Positions 17,329 to 26,852 of a DNA stretch of 64,000 bases are shown here, one piece after another. The DNA is from Patescibacteria group bacterium (GTDB lineage Bacteria > Patescibacteriota > Patescibacteriia > Patescibacteriales > UBA12465). The stretch is taken from positions 64,691 through 128,690 of the forward strand of contig JBAZTY010000001.1 of the NCBI GenBank assembly GCA_041661685.1, in the 5' to 3' direction. A program made the position numbers and the translations under genes. Under the pieces are notes generated by a model. That model was not told the origin of the DNA, ran no database searches, and was given only the letters and a program-made list of their open reading frames with translations. Position 1 is the stretch's first letter. The number at the start of each line of letters is the position of its first letter.

Positions 17329-18084
17329 ATGGACAAAAAAATTGTCAGAGCAGCCATTTGGGCTTTTGTTAAAGATAATCAGCTTAATCAGGCTTTGTCA
17401 GCTCTCCAATATCTCGACTCTATGAAAGATAGAGACAGTCTCCTGGCTAGTATTTCGAATAGTTATCTAGAAGAGATAAGCCATGCGGACAGATTCAGCA
17501 GCTTTAATAGTATGACTGAGGCCACTTGGAATGATCTTCTGCGATGTTTTAAATCAGCTTATATCGTCTCTGAAAAGATAGATGATATTGAGCGGCGCTG
17601 GATCATGAATAAGAAGATTATTAAAAAAGGTTTGGAGTATATCAAAAAAATGAACGCCCCGGTCGATAAGCTGGCTAATTTCTTGTATGATCTGGTGCTC
17701 TTATCGCCAGAAGAAGATTCCGATGTGTTCATTCGAAAGATGATGAATGTTTATCTAGGAGTGCAGAATCTTGAGGGGACAAAGATATTTGGGCTTTCTC
17801 AATTGATGTCTGCTGAACCGGCTTTGTTGGAGGCTGAAAGGCTTCTAGAAATTTTTATCAGATGGGGCGATTATGACGCTATCAAAGCCATCGGAGATAC
17901 ATATGGCAAGCTCGGAACCGTCGCTGCCAATAGATGGAAAGAAATAATTATAAATTGTTTGGAACGGAAAGGGCGAGATGAGGCCATTAAGGCGTTGTCT
18001 ATAATAAGCAATAATAGTGAACGCTGGGATTATGCTGAATTATTAGGCGCAGATTTAAAATCAAATGAACAAGAGAAAAATTAA
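17329..18084 (+). CDS. Hypothetical protein (helical, AT-rich gene)
   Basis: 251-aa ORF with an AAAGGA RBS-like element and its own terminator. No recognisable motifs. Confidence 0.65.
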   Translation: MDKKIVRAAIWAFVKDNQLNQALSALQYLDSMKDRDSLLASISNSYLEEISHADRFSSFNSMTEATWNDLLRCFKSAYIVSEKIDDIERRWIMNKKIIKKGLEYIKKMNAPVDKLANFLYDLVLLSPEEDSDVFIRKMMNVYLGVQNLEGTKIFGLSQLMSAEPALLEAERLLEIFIRWGDYDAIKAIGDTYGKLGTVAANRWKEIIINCLERKGRDEAIKALSIISNNSERWDYAELLGADLKSNEQEKN

Positions 18085-18102
18085 AATCGATTTAATCAGA
18101 GA

Positions 18103-18128
18103 AGAGGCATTAAAATATGCCTCTTTTT
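18103..18128 (+). terminator. Intrinsic terminator after the 17329-18084 ORF
   Basis: AGAGGCAT TAAAAT ATGCCTCT followed by TTTT. Confidence 0.6.
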
Positions 18129-18144
18129 CATATCCACCTCATAA

Positions 18145-18173
18145 CAAAAAAGACGTCTGACGACGCCTTTTTT
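18145..18173 (-). terminator. Intrinsic terminator of rpmB (minus strand)
   Basis: The minus strand reads AAAAAAGGCGTC GTCA GACGTC TTTTTT. The G-U pair makes the stem better on the minus strand. Confidence 0.6.
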
Positions 18174-18193
18174 ATATTTTTGATTTGAAAATT

Positions 18194-18445
18194 TTATTTT
18201 TTCTCCTTCTTAGCTCTAGTCTTGCTCATTGGTTTGACCGGAGCTTTCCCAGGTTTTCTCGGAGTCTTAACGCGTTTTGGCTTATCGATCGTGCGTAAGC
18301 AGGACGTGCACAGCTTAGCTTTCATGCCGCCGATAGTCTTGCTCTGTAAATTGATATTCTGTCTCTTTAAGGTTTTGATCTTGGAATGAGAACGGCTGGC
18401 ACCCTTAGTCGCGCTGCGTCCGCATAAATCGCATTTTTTCGCCAT
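18194..18445 (-). CDS. rpmB: 50S ribosomal protein L28 with Lys-rich C-terminal tail
   Basis: MAKKCDLCGRSATKGASRSHSKIKTLKRQNINLQ... is the canonical L28 pattern with CxxC...CxxC. Confidence 0.88.
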   Translation of the reverse strand: MAKKCDLCGRSATKGASRSHSKIKTLKRQNINLQSKTIGGMKAKLCTSCLRTIDKPKRVKTPRKPGKAPVKPMSKTRAKKEKK

Positions 18446-18515
18446 ATTGCTTGTGGTTAATCTTCTTATTTTTTAATGGTTTTATTCTAACAGCATTTTT
18501 AAAATTAATCAAGTT

Positions 18516-19133
18516 ATGCTACAATATCTTCATATGATTGAAATATTTCAAATAATCGTCCTAATCTTATCAGCTATCGCCCATGAGTACATGCATGGCT
18601 GGATGGCTTTTCGCTTAGGTGATGAAACGGCTAAGAATGCTGGCCGCTTGACTATGAATCCGTTAGCGCACCTAGAATGGTTCGGGTCTTTATTCTTGCC
18701 CCTAGTAATGATTTTGTCGGGCATGCCCTTTGTCTTCGGTTGGGCTAAGCCAGTTCCTTATAACCCTTTCAATCTCAGAGATAAGAAATACGGGGAAGCG
18801 AAGGTGGCCCTGGCCGGTCCCTTGGCTAATCTGATAATAGCGGTATTTTTTGGCTTATGTTTAAGGTTTTTACCGTTTTTTAGCATTTATTTCTCTGGAC
18901 TTTTAGGAATTATTGTCTATATAAACCTTGTCCTGATGATTTTTAACTTAGTGCCGATTCCTCCTTTGGACGGTTCTAAGATACTGGGGGCTTTTTTGCC
19001 GGCCAATCTCAGAGAACGCTATTTGGGCAGCGAAAGGATTGGTTTTATTTTTGTTATCCTCTTTGTGATGCTCGCCGGGAACCTAATCATGCCGATAGTT
19101 AATTTTTTGTTTAAAGTTATTGTCGGAGCTTAG
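18516..19133 (+). CDS. Site-2 protease family (M50) membrane metalloprotease
   Basis: 205 aa, multi-TM. HEYMHGWMA (HExxH) in the first TM region, PIPPLDGSK motif. Confidence 0.8.
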   Translation: MLQYLHMIEIFQIIVLILSAIAHEYMHGWMAFRLGDETAKNAGRLTMNPLAHLEWFGSLFLPLVMILSGMPFVFGWAKPVPYNPFNLRDKKYGEAKVALAGPLANLIIAVFFGLCLRFLPFFSIYFSGLLGIIVYINLVLMIFNLVPIPPLDGSKILGAFLPANLRERYLGSERIGFIFVILFVMLAGNLIMPIVNFLFKVIVGA

Positions 19134-19245
19134 AACGTTTTGATGCGTTTTAGCTAATAATAGCAATTCGGATAGTTTTCGGTTGACCTTGACTTATGTT
19201 TTATATTTTGTTAAATTAAATTAGTAATAAAAAAGTCTAAAAGTC

Positions 19246-19263
19246 ATCCTGAATATTCAGGAT
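19246..19263. other. Perfect 18-nt palindrome in the rpsL leader
   Basis: ATCCTGAAT ATTCAGGAT, followed by TATTTTTG. Lies 30 nt upstream of the rpsL ATG. Confidence 0.5.
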
Positions 19264-19292
19264 TATTTTTGATTATCAAGATCATAACGTTT

Positions 19293-19715
19293 ATGCCAAC
19301 TATTAACCAATTGGTACGCCAGGGACGCAAATCTCTTGGAAAGAGACGCAACGCAATTGCTCTTCATTCCAGCCTTGATTCTCTGCATCGTAAGAAGAAA
19401 ACTACCGCTCAAGGCGCTCCTTTTAAACAAGGCGTCTGCTTAAAGGTAACTACGACCACCCCGAAGAAACCGAACTCCGCTTTACGTAAGATTGCGCGCG
19501 TCCGCTTGTCTAACGGCATGGAAGTAACCGCTTATATCCCGGGTATGGGCCATAACTTGCAGGAGCACTCTATCGTGCTCGTGAAAGGCGGTAAGACTAA
19601 AGATTTGCCTGGTGTCCGCTATAAGATCGTCCGCGGCGTCTTTGACGCATCGGGGGTAGAAGCTCGCCGTCAGGGTAGAAGCTGCTATGGCGCGAAGAAA
19701 CCGAAAGTCAAATAA
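19293..19715 (+). CDS. rpsL: 30S ribosomal protein S12
   Basis: [13 protein letters not shown]...[22 protein letters not shown]. The ATG at 19293 is preferred over the TTG at 19269 given in the track. Confidence 0.95.
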   Translation: MPTINQLVRQGRKSLGKRRNAIALHSSLDSLHRKKKTTAQGAPFKQGVCLKVTTTTPKKPNSALRKIARVRLSNGMEVTAYIPGMGHNLQEHSIVLVKGGKTKDLPGVRYKIVRGVFDASGVEARRQGRSCYGAKKPKVK

Positions 19716-19718
19716 ACG

Positions 19719-19735
19719 TTCAATTTTCAATTTTT
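19719..19735 (+). repeat. Spacer motif TTCAATTTTCAATTTTT (copy 1, rpsL-rpsG spacer)
   Basis: Identical 17-mer also at 26817-26833. Confidence 0.7.
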
Positions 19736-19746
19736 AAATAAAAAAT

Positions 19747-20214
19747 ATGAGAGGTAAACCAGCACCTAAAAGAACAATCGAAGGCGACGCTAAATATAAC
19801 GATACTAACATCGCCAAGTTTATTAATTACGTCATGGAACGCGGCAAGAAAAGCGGCGCTGAAAAGATCGTCTATGGCGCTTTCGAAATCCTGAAAGACA
19901 AGACCAAACAGGATCCTCGCCATATCTTCAATAAGGCGATTAAGAAAGTCTCCCCGCTCGTTGAAGTTCGAGGTAAGCGCGTTGGCGGCGCCAACTATCA
20001 GGTTCCTTTCCAGGTTCGCGGCGAAAGACGCTATTTCTTGGCTTGTAACTGGATAATCAATGCTGCTAATGACCGCAAGGGTCGCTCTACTGCCGAGAAA
20101 TTATCTACCGAGATTCTCGATGCTTCTAACGGCGAAGGTACGGCTGTTAAGAAGAGAGAGGCCGTCCATAAGATGGCTGAGGCAAACAAAGCCTTCGCTC
20201 ACTTTTCTAGATAA
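19747..20214 (+). CDS. rpsG: 30S ribosomal protein S7
   Basis: Typical S7 (NYVMERGKKSGAEKIVYGAF...VEVRGKRVGGANYQVP). Confidence 0.95.
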   Translation: MRGKPAPKRTIEGDAKYNDTNIAKFINYVMERGKKSGAEKIVYGAFEILKDKTKQDPRHIFNKAIKKVSPLVEVRGKRVGGANYQVPFQVRGERRYFLACNWIINAANDRKGRSTAEKLSTEILDASNGEGTAVKKREAVHKMAEANKAFAHFSR

Positions 20215-20333
20215 TCTTATTTTTGGAGAACTTCTTTGTCAGAGTTTCCAGTGCTCGTTCGCCGTATGTTAATACGGCTCACTACGCGCTTCAACTCTTC
20301 CTCGAATTTCTCTCAAAAATAAAATTATCTCAT

Positions 20334-20362
20334 TTGACAGGGTTAACATATTAATTTAAATA
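20334..20362 (+). promoter_or_regulatory. Candidate internal promoter upstream of fusA
   Basis: TTGACA, 17 nt, TAAATA, within the 167-nt rpsG-fusA spacer. Confidence 0.35.
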
Positions 20363-20381
20363 TCTCACTTTATAATCTCAT

Positions 20382-22460
20382 ATGGCCCGAGACTACGCAT
20401 TGGAAAACATTAGAAATATTGGCATCATGGCGCACATCGACGCCGGCAAAACTACTTTTACCGAGCGTGTTTTGTTTTATACCGGCAAGAAGCATAAGAT
20501 CGGCGAAGTTCATGAGGGCGCCGCGGAAATGGATTGGATGGAGCAGGAGAAGGAAAGAGGCATCACCATCACCTCGGCCGCTACTACTTGTTTTTGGAAA
20601 CAGAATAAGATCAATATTATTGATACTCCAGGGCACGTCGATTTCACTGTCGAAGTTGAACGCTCTTTGCGTGTTTTAGACGGCGCTATCGCTGTTTTCG
20701 ACGGTCAGGCCGGCGTTGAGCCGCAGTCCGAGACTGTCTGGCGCCAAGCCGATAAATACAATGTTCCTCGCCTGTGCTTCGTCAATAAGATGGATAAGAT
20801 GGGCGCGGATTTTTACATGAGTCTTAATTCCATCAAGACTAGATTGAATCAGAAAGCTGTCGCTATCCAGCTGCCGATCGGCGCGGAAAGCAATCTCAGC
20901 GGCGTCATTGATTTGTTATCTCAGAAGGCTTATCAGTTCACTGGCATGAACGGCGTGAATATTGAAGAGATTCCGGTTCCGGAAGATATGGAAGAGAAGG
21001 TTGCTAAGTTCCATAATGAATTAATCGAAAAAGCCGTGGAATGCGATGAAGGAACAATGGAAAAATATTTGAGTGGAGCAGAAATATCTTCCGAAGAATT
21101 GAAGGCAGCTATCAGAAAGGGCGTAATCGCTAATGCGATTTATCCAGTCTTATGTGGTACCGCTTTGCAGAATATCGGCGTTCAGTTGGCTTTAGACGCG
21201 GTCAATGATTATCTCCCGTCTCCTTTGGATGTTCCGAAATTGGAAGTGACCGATATGAATGATGCGGAGAATAAGATTACTATCTATGCTGAAGACGGCA
21301 AGCCTTTTGTCGGCTTAGCTTTTAAGATTGCCACCGATCCGTTCGTCGGCAAGCTTTGTTTTGTCCGCGTTTATCAAGGCGTCTTGACCGCTGGTTCCTA
21401 TATTCTCAACTCTTCTAAAGATAACAAAGAAAGAGTCGGACGTTTGGTGCGCATGCACGCTAACCATCGCGAGGAAATCAAGGAAGTTTGTGCTGGCGAT
21501 ATTGCCGCCGTTATCGGTTTGAAGAGCACGACTACTGGCAATACCTTATGCGACGAGAGCAATCCGGTCTTATTAGAATCTATCGTTTTCCCGGAACCGG
21601 TCATTAAGATCGCCGTTGAGCCGAAGACTAAGGCTGATCAAGAGAAGATGGGAGTTGCTTTACAGCGCTTGGCTGAAGAAGACCCGACTTTCCGCGTCGA
21701 GACCGATCCGGAAACTAATCAGGTTCTTATCTCCGGCATGGGTGAACTTCATTTGGAAATCATCGTCGATCGCATGAAGCGCGAATTCGGCGTCGAAGCT
21801 AACGTCGGCAACCCTCAAGTATCTTATCGCGAAACCATCACGAAAATGGCTGAAGCGGAGCATAAATATGTTAAGCAGTCTGGCGGTAAAGGGCAATATG
21901 GACATTGTGCTTTGCGCGTCGAACCGCTTGAAGCCGGCAAAGGTTTCGAGTTTGCTGATGAAGTCAAGGGCGGGGTCATTCCTCGTGAGTTTATTCCAGC
22001 GATTGAAAAGGGTGTTAAGGAAGCGATTCTCAGCGGTACTGTGGCCGGATACCCGATGGTTGATGTCAGAGCGGCCGTTTATTACGGTTCTTATCATGAA
22101 GTCGACTCTTCGGAAATAGCCTTTAAATTAGCGGCTATCTTCGCTTTCAAGGAAGCTTGTCAGAAAGCCGGCGCTATTCTACTCGAACCAATCATGAAAG
22201 TTGAAGTCACTACTCCGGAGGAATATATGGGCAACATTATCGGCGATCTTAGTTCGAAGAGAGGACAGATCGAAGAGATGTCTGATCGCGCGAATATCAA
22301 AGTCGTCAAGGCCAAAGTTCCATTATCAGAAATGTTCGGCTATTCTACTGGCTTACGTTCTATGAGCCAAGGCCGCGCTAATTATGTGATGGAATTCTCT
22401 CATTACGCCGAAGTGCCGAAGAATATTTTAGAGGCTATTAAGGAGAAGCAAGGGAAGTAA
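20382..22460 (+). CDS. fusA: Elongation factor G
   Basis: 692 aa. G1 [21 protein letters not shown], full domain set. Confidence 0.97.
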   Translation: MARDYALENIRNIGIMAHIDAGKTTFTERVLFYTGKKHKIGEVHEGAAEMDWMEQEKERGITITSAATTCFWKQNKINIIDTPGHVDFTVEVERSLRVLDGAIAVFDGQAGVEPQSETVWRQADKYNVPRLCFVNKMDKMGADFYMSLNSIKTRLNQKAVAIQLPIGAESNLSGVIDLLSQKAYQFTGMNGVNIEEIPVPEDMEEKVAKFHNELIEKAVECDEGTMEKYLSGAEISSEELKAAIRKGVIANAIYPVLCGTALQNIGVQLALDAVNDYLPSPLDVPKLEVTDMNDAENKITIYAEDGKPFVGLAFKIATDPFVGKLCFVRVYQGVLTAGSYILNSSKDNKERVGRLVRMHANHREEIKEVCAGDIAAVIGLKSTTTGNTLCDESNPVLLESIVFPEPVIKIAVEPKTKADQEKMGVALQRLAEEDPTFRVETDPETNQVLISGMGELHLEIIVDRMKREFGVEANVGNPQVSYRETITKMAEAEHKYVKQSGGKGQYGHCALRVEPLEAGKGFEFADEVKGGVIPREFIPAIEKGVKEAILSGTVAGYPMVDVRAAVYYGSYHEVDSSEIAFKLAAIFAFKEACQKAGAILLEPIMKVEVTTPEEYMGNIIGDLSSKRGQIEEMSDRANIKVVKAKVPLSEMFGYSTGLRSMSQGRANYVMEFSHYAEVPKNILEAIKEKQGK

Positions 22461-22498
22461 AGAATTATATTTTTTTCACTCAGGATTTTTTCTGTGGC

Positions 22499-22518
22499 AA
22501 TCCGCCAGCTGGCGGATT
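22499..22518. other. Perfect 20-nt palindrome downstream of fusA
   Basis: AATCCGCCAG CTGGCGGATT. No U-tract on either strand. Confidence 0.45.
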
Positions 22519-22587
22519 ACTCTACGAAAAAATATTCGTTCCAAAAATATAATTTTTTACAACAATTTATACTAATAGTATTTACAT

Positions 22588-22971
22588 ATGTTCCCAGAGC
22601 AATTGAAAAAAATTTTGAATCTAGTAAAAAAGACCGGCGACCGGGTAATAATTTTTGATGCCAGCGCTCCAGACGACTCTTATGTGATTATGGGCCTTGA
22701 TAATTATGCCGCTAGCCTGGATAATGCTCCAGCTGTTAAAATCGCCAAGATTCAAGAAGCTCCAGCAAATACCCCGATTATGGCTGATTTATCAGCAAAT
22801 TCCGAAGAAAAGGAAAATTTGACAGAAGAAGATTTAACTGATAAGATTAATCGCGAAATCTCGATGTGGAAAAATCGAGAAAATTCTGTTTTCTTGGGGG
22901 AAGAGAATAAGCCTAAAAAGGCTTGGCAAATTCCTTCGAAAGTGAAGGATAAAGCCCAAGAAATTGAGTAA
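22588..22971 (+). CDS. Hypothetical protein inserted between fusA and tuf
   Basis: 127-aa ORF with the CATATG start context shared by core genes. No recognisable motif. Confidence 0.65.
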   Translation: MFPEQLKKILNLVKKTGDRVIIFDASAPDDSYVIMGLDNYAASLDNAPAVKIAKIQEAPANTPIMADLSANSEEKENLTEEDLTDKINREISMWKNRENSVFLGEENKPKKAWQIPSKVKDKAQEIE

Positions 22972-23041
22972 AGATAGGGAAAACAAGCTTAGTAGAGTTA
23001 TAAATAATTTAAATAACAATTAATTAATTAAGTTCGGCTGG

Positions 23042-23084
23042 TTTCCTGGGTTAATCCAGGAAAGAAACCCCGTGGTAAACGGGG
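23042..23084 (+). other. Two tandem hairpins in the tuf leader
   Basis: TTTCCTGG GTTAAT CCAGGAAA, then CCCCG TGGTAAA CGGGG. They end 17 nt before the tuf ATG. Confidence 0.45.
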
Positions 23085-23101
23085 GCCTAACACCAAAAAA
23101 C

Positions 23102-24292
23102 ATGGCAACAGAAAAATTTGAACGCACCAAGCCCCATGTTAACGTCGGTACTATCGGCCACGTTGACCATGGGAAGACTACTTTAACCGCCGCGATGTTA
23201 GCCGTTTTCAATGCCAAGGGCATGAAGGCTTCTCACAAAGGCGTCGGTGAAATCGATGCCGCTCCTGAAGAAAAAGAGAGAGGCATCACTATCGCCACCG
23301 CTCACGTCGAGTATGAGTCCGAAAAGAGACATTATGCTCACGTTGATTGTCCGGGTCACGCCGATTATGTTAAGAACATGATCACTGGCGCCGCTCAGAT
23401 GGATGGCGCTATCTTGGTAGTTGCTGCGACTGATGGCCCTATGCCTCAGACCAGAGAACACATCTTATTGGCTCGCCAGGTCGGCGTCCCTTATATCATC
23501 GTCTTCTTAAATAAGTGCGATATGGTTGAAGATAAAGAATTGATCGACCTCGTCGAAGAAGAAATCCGTGATTTATTGAAGAAATATGAATTCCCAGGTG
23601 ACACCACCCCGATCATCAGAGGTTCCGCCTTGAAGGCTTTAGAGAACCCGACCGGTCCGGATGCCGAACCGATCATGAAGCTGATGGAAACCTTGGATTC
23701 TTATATCCCTGAGCCTACTCGCGATGTCAATCTTCCTTACTTGATGCCTATTGAGGATATCTTCTCAATCGAAGGCCGCGGCACTGTCGTTACCGGCCGC
23801 ATCGAGAGAGGTATGGTCAAAGTCGGCGATGAAGTTGAGATCGTCGGTTTGATGGATACCAAGAAGACTACTGTTACCGGCATTGAAATGTTCAACAAGT
23901 CCCTGGATTCAGGCATGGCTGGCGATAACGCCGGTATCTTGCTCCGTGGTACTAAGAAGAACGAAGTCGAGCGCGGCCAGGTTTTATGCAAACCGGGTAC
24001 TATCACTCCTCACACTGAATTCACTGCAGAAGTTTACGTCCTGTCTAAGGATGAAGGCGGACGCCATAAGCCGTTCTTCAACGGCTATAAGCCGCAATTC
24101 TACTTCAAGACTACTGATGTTACTGGCGATATTAATTTACCTGCCGGCACTGAAATGGTCATGCCTGGAGATACTACTAACTTAACTATTAAGTTAATTG
24201 CTCCGATTGCTCTTGAAGACAAGCAGAAATTCACCATTCGCGAAGGCGGTCGTACCGTTGGCGCGGGTGTCGTTACTAAGATTTTAAAGTAA
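23102..24292 (+). CDS. tuf: Elongation factor Tu
   Basis: [28 protein letters not shown]... The ATG at 23102 is preferred over the track start at 23072. Confidence 0.97.
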   Translation: MATEKFERTKPHVNVGTIGHVDHGKTTLTAAMLAVFNAKGMKASHKGVGEIDAAPEEKERGITIATAHVEYESEKRHYAHVDCPGHADYVKNMITGAAQMDGAILVVAATDGPMPQTREHILLARQVGVPYIIVFLNKCDMVEDKELIDLVEEEIRDLLKKYEFPGDTTPIIRGSALKALENPTGPDAEPIMKLMETLDSYIPEPTRDVNLPYLMPIEDIFSIEGRGTVVTGRIERGMVKVGDEVEIVGLMDTKKTTVTGIEMFNKSLDSGMAGDNAGILLRGTKKNEVERGQVLCKPGTITPHTEFTAEVYVLSKDEGGRHKPFFNGYKPQFYFKTTDVTGDINLPAGTEMVMPGDTTNLTIKLIAPIALEDKQKFTIREGGRTVGAGVVTKILK

Positions 24293-24300
24293 CCACTTTA

Positions 24301-24330
24301 ACCCGCTCTTACCTTTAAGGGCGGGTTTGT
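24301..24330 (+). terminator. Terminator-like hairpin after tuf
   Basis: ACCCGCTCTT ACCTTT AAGGGCGGGT followed by TTGT (weak U-tract). Confidence 0.5.
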
Positions 24331-24353
24331 AGTGTATATTTTAAATAATAATT

Positions 24354-24689
24354 ATGTCCGAAAACAAAAAAGAAGAAAAAGAATTCAAACAGAGAATCAG
24401 GATCAAGATCAAGGCGTTTGATCATAAGATCATTGATCAATCCACTAAGACTATCGTGGAAACCATTGGACGCAGCGACGCTCAGTTTTTTGGGCCGATT
24501 CCGCTTCCGACCGAGATCCGTAAATACACGGTCAACCGTTCTACTTTTGTTCACAAGGATGCTCGCGATCAATATGAAATGCGTATTCATAAGCGCATGA
24601 TTGATATTATCGATCCGACCGCGAAAACCATTGAAGATTTGACTAACCTTAGCTTACCGGCCGGGGTTGACGTAGAAATAAAAATGTAG
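24354..24689 (+). CDS. rpsJ: 30S ribosomal protein S10
   Basis: [23 protein letters not shown]...GPIPLPT are canonical S10 motifs. Confidence 0.95.
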   Translation: MSENKKEEKEFKQRIRIKIKAFDHKIIDQSTKTIVETIGRSDAQFFGPIPLPTEIRKYTVNRSTFVHKDARDQYEMRIHKRMIDIIDPTAKTIEDLTNLSLPAGVDVEIKM

Positions 24690-24849
24690 TAGAATTTAAA
24701 AGTAATATTTAATTAGTTAAGAGGCGCTTGAATAACTCTGTCTCAATAGAAAGTGTTTAAGCGAAAATTAGCTAAATTTGGAGGAAAATCAGCTGGGAAA
24801 ACACAATTATAAAAAATAGGGGAATAATCATTTTTTATTATTTGGTTTT

Positions 24850-24880
24850 AAAGCTGGTTTCTAAGCCAGTTTTTGTTTAT
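24850..24880 (+). terminator. Terminator-like hairpin inside the rpsJ-rplC spacer
   Basis: AAAGCTGG TTTCTAAG CCAGTTTT, then GTTTATTT. 20 nt before the rplC ATG. Confidence 0.4.
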
Positions 24881-24899
24881 TTAAGGTCCAGAAAATTAT

Positions 24900-25643
24900 A
24901 TGAAATTTATCAGCGGAAAAAAATTAAGCATGACTCAGATCTGGTCCGGCGATGCGGTAATGGCCGTCACCCCGGTTTTAGCTGGTCCGTGCACTATTAC
25001 TCAAGTGAAGTCTAAAGCGAAAGACGGATATGAAGCTTTACAGTTAGCCTTTGGCGAACGTAAAGAAAAGAATATCAACAAGCCGCAGTTAGGCCATTTT
25101 AAGAAGGCGGGCGTTAAGCCGGCTCATGTTCGTGAATTCAGAATGGATAACGCCGCTGATTTTAAGATCGGTGATGTCGTCAGCGCTGACGCTTTCGCGG
25201 TCGGTGATAGAATCGATGTCATCGGTACTTCTAAGGGTAAAGGTTTTCAAGGCGTTGTTAAGCGTCATCATTTCGCCGGTTTCCGCAAGACTCACGGCAA
25301 TAAGGATCAGGAGAGAATGGGCGGTTCTGTCGGCGCCAAAGGTCCGGCTCACGTTTTCAAAGGCACGCGCATGGGTGGCCGTATGGGCGGAGACAGGGTC
25401 ACTACCACCAATCTTGAAGTTGCTGCTATTGATGAGGAGAAGAATATCATCTTTGTCAAAGGCGCAGTTCCAGGAGCTATCAACGGTTTTGTCATGATTA
25501 AGGGTGATGGCGAATTAAAGGTTAATACTAAAAAAGCTATCAACGCTGCTCCGGCCGAAGAGATTAAGGAAGAAGCTCCGGTAGCGGAGGCTCCAGCAGA
25601 AGAAGTGAAGACGGAAGAAGTGAAGGCGGAAGAAGCGAAATAA
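24900..25643 (+). CDS. rplC: 50S ribosomal protein L3 with Ala/Glu/Lys-rich C-terminal extension
   Basis: L3 core (GTSKGKGFQGVVKRHHF...) plus the tail APAEEIKEEAPVAEAPAEEVKTEEVKAEEAK. Confidence 0.94.
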   Translation: MKFISGKKLSMTQIWSGDAVMAVTPVLAGPCTITQVKSKAKDGYEALQLAFGERKEKNINKPQLGHFKKAGVKPAHVREFRMDNAADFKIGDVVSADAFAVGDRIDVIGTSKGKGFQGVVKRHHFAGFRKTHGNKDQERMGGSVGAKGPAHVFKGTRMGGRMGGDRVTTTNLEVAAIDEEKNIIFVKGAVPGAINGFVMIKGDGELKVNTKKAINAAPAEEIKEEAPVAEAPAEEVKTEEVKAEEAK

Positions 25644-25668
25644 TATTAAATAGCGAATTACGAATCGT

Positions 25669-26322
25669 ATGAAAATAAAAGTTTATAACCAATCTGCTGT
25701 GGCCGTTAAGGATTTAGAGCTATCAGCTAAAATCTTCGGAATCAAGCCTAACAATGAATTATTGCATCAGGCTGTCATCGCCCAACAGGCTAACGCCCGT
25801 CAGGTTTTGGCTCATACCAAAGATAGAAGCGAAGTCTCCGGCGGCGGCAAGAAGCCTTGGAAACAGAAAGGCACTGGCCGCGCTCGCGTCGGCTCCAGCC
25901 GTTCTCCTATCTGGATTGGCGGCGGCGTCACTTTCGGTCCGAGAAAAGATCGCAACTTCAAACAGAAGATAAATCAGAAGATGAAGCAGAAAGCGATGTT
26001 CATGGCTTTATCGGATAAGGCTTTGACCAGCACTTTAGTAGTTCTTGACAGCCTTGATTTCAATGAATATAAGACTAAGGATTTTAACACGATGTTGACC
26101 GCCATGGAAAAGAAAGTTCTGGCCAATGATCGCCGCGATGTCCTGATAATCAATGATTCTAAGAACGAGAAGACCCAATATTCCGGCCGTAACCTGAAAG
26201 GCGTCAAGATCATCAATTTAGAAAACATCAACTTGCTTGATATTTTGAATTATAAAAATTTATTAGTAACGGAAAACGCCGTTAAGACCTTAACGGACCG
26301 TTATAGCAAGAACTTAAAGTAA
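25669..26322 (+). CDS. rplD: 50S ribosomal protein L4
   Basis: SGGGKKPWKQKGTGRARVGSSRSPIWIGGGVTFGP is the canonical L4 motif. Confidence 0.95.
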   Translation: MKIKVYNQSAVAVKDLELSAKIFGIKPNNELLHQAVIAQQANARQVLAHTKDRSEVSGGGKKPWKQKGTGRARVGSSRSPIWIGGGVTFGPRKDRNFKQKINQKMKQKAMFMALSDKALTSTLVVLDSLDFNEYKTKDFNTMLTAMEKKVLANDRRDVLIINDSKNEKTQYSGRNLKGVKIINLENINLLDILNYKNLLVTENAVKTLTDRYSKNLK

Positions 26323-26330
26323 TTAATCAT

Positions 26331-26813
26331 ATGGCTTTATTCGGAAATAAGAAAATAGACGAAGACAAGAAGAAACCGGCCGCTAAATCCGCCGTTAAGA
26401 AACCGGTGGCTAAGGCAGCCAAGAAAGATGAAGTTAAGGAAGAAGAGGGAACCAGCATGCAGGATCTTTATAGCGGAACCAAAGCGGTTTCCGGCTCTAA
26501 GAAGGCGGCTGTCTCTACTTCTAAAGCTAACGAATCTTATCGCGTGCTTGTGAGTCCTCTCATTACGGAGAAGGCGACTACTCTTGTCGGCGAAAATAAA
26601 TACGTTTTTGTCGTAGCTTCTGGCGCTAATAAGATTGAGATCGCTAAAGCGATCAAGGCGACTTACGGCGTTACGCCGCTCCAGGTTAATGTCATCAATG
26701 TTTCCGGAAAGAAGGTTGCTCGCGGACGCATTGCGGGCCAGAGAAGCGATTGGCGCAAAGCGATCGTCACTCTCGCCAAGGGCGAAGCCATCAAGATTTA
26801 CGAAGGCGTTTAA
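26331..26813 (+). CDS. rplW: 50S ribosomal protein L23 with about 60-aa Lys/Ala-rich N-terminal extension
   Basis: The C-terminal roughly 95 aa are L23-like (VLVSPLITEKAT...KFVVASGANKIEIKAIK pattern). Confidence 0.92.
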   Translation: MALFGNKKIDEDKKKPAAKSAVKKPVAKAAKKDEVKEEEGTSMQDLYSGTKAVSGSKKAAVSTSKANESYRVLVSPLITEKATTLVGENKYVFVVASGANKIEIAKAIKATYGVTPLQVNVINVSGKKVARGRIAGQRSDWRKAIVTLAKGEAIKIYEGV

Positions 26814-26816
26814 TTT

Positions 26817-26833
26817 TTCAATTTTCAATTTTT
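26817..26833 (+). repeat. Spacer motif TTCAATTTTCAATTTTT (copy 2, rplW-rplB spacer)
   Basis: Identical to 19719-19735. Part of a (TTTTCAA)n-like tract. Confidence 0.7.
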
Positions 26834-26852
26834 CAATTCTTAATCTGTATAT

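Noticed and set aside
23072-23101. Upstream starts proposed by the track for tuf (23072), rpsL (19269), rplE (30900) and rplV (28008)
   Set aside because: The canonical N-termini ([35 protein letters not shown]) begin at internal ATG codons with the genome-typical AT-ATG context. The upstream extensions overlap hairpins or the preceding gene.
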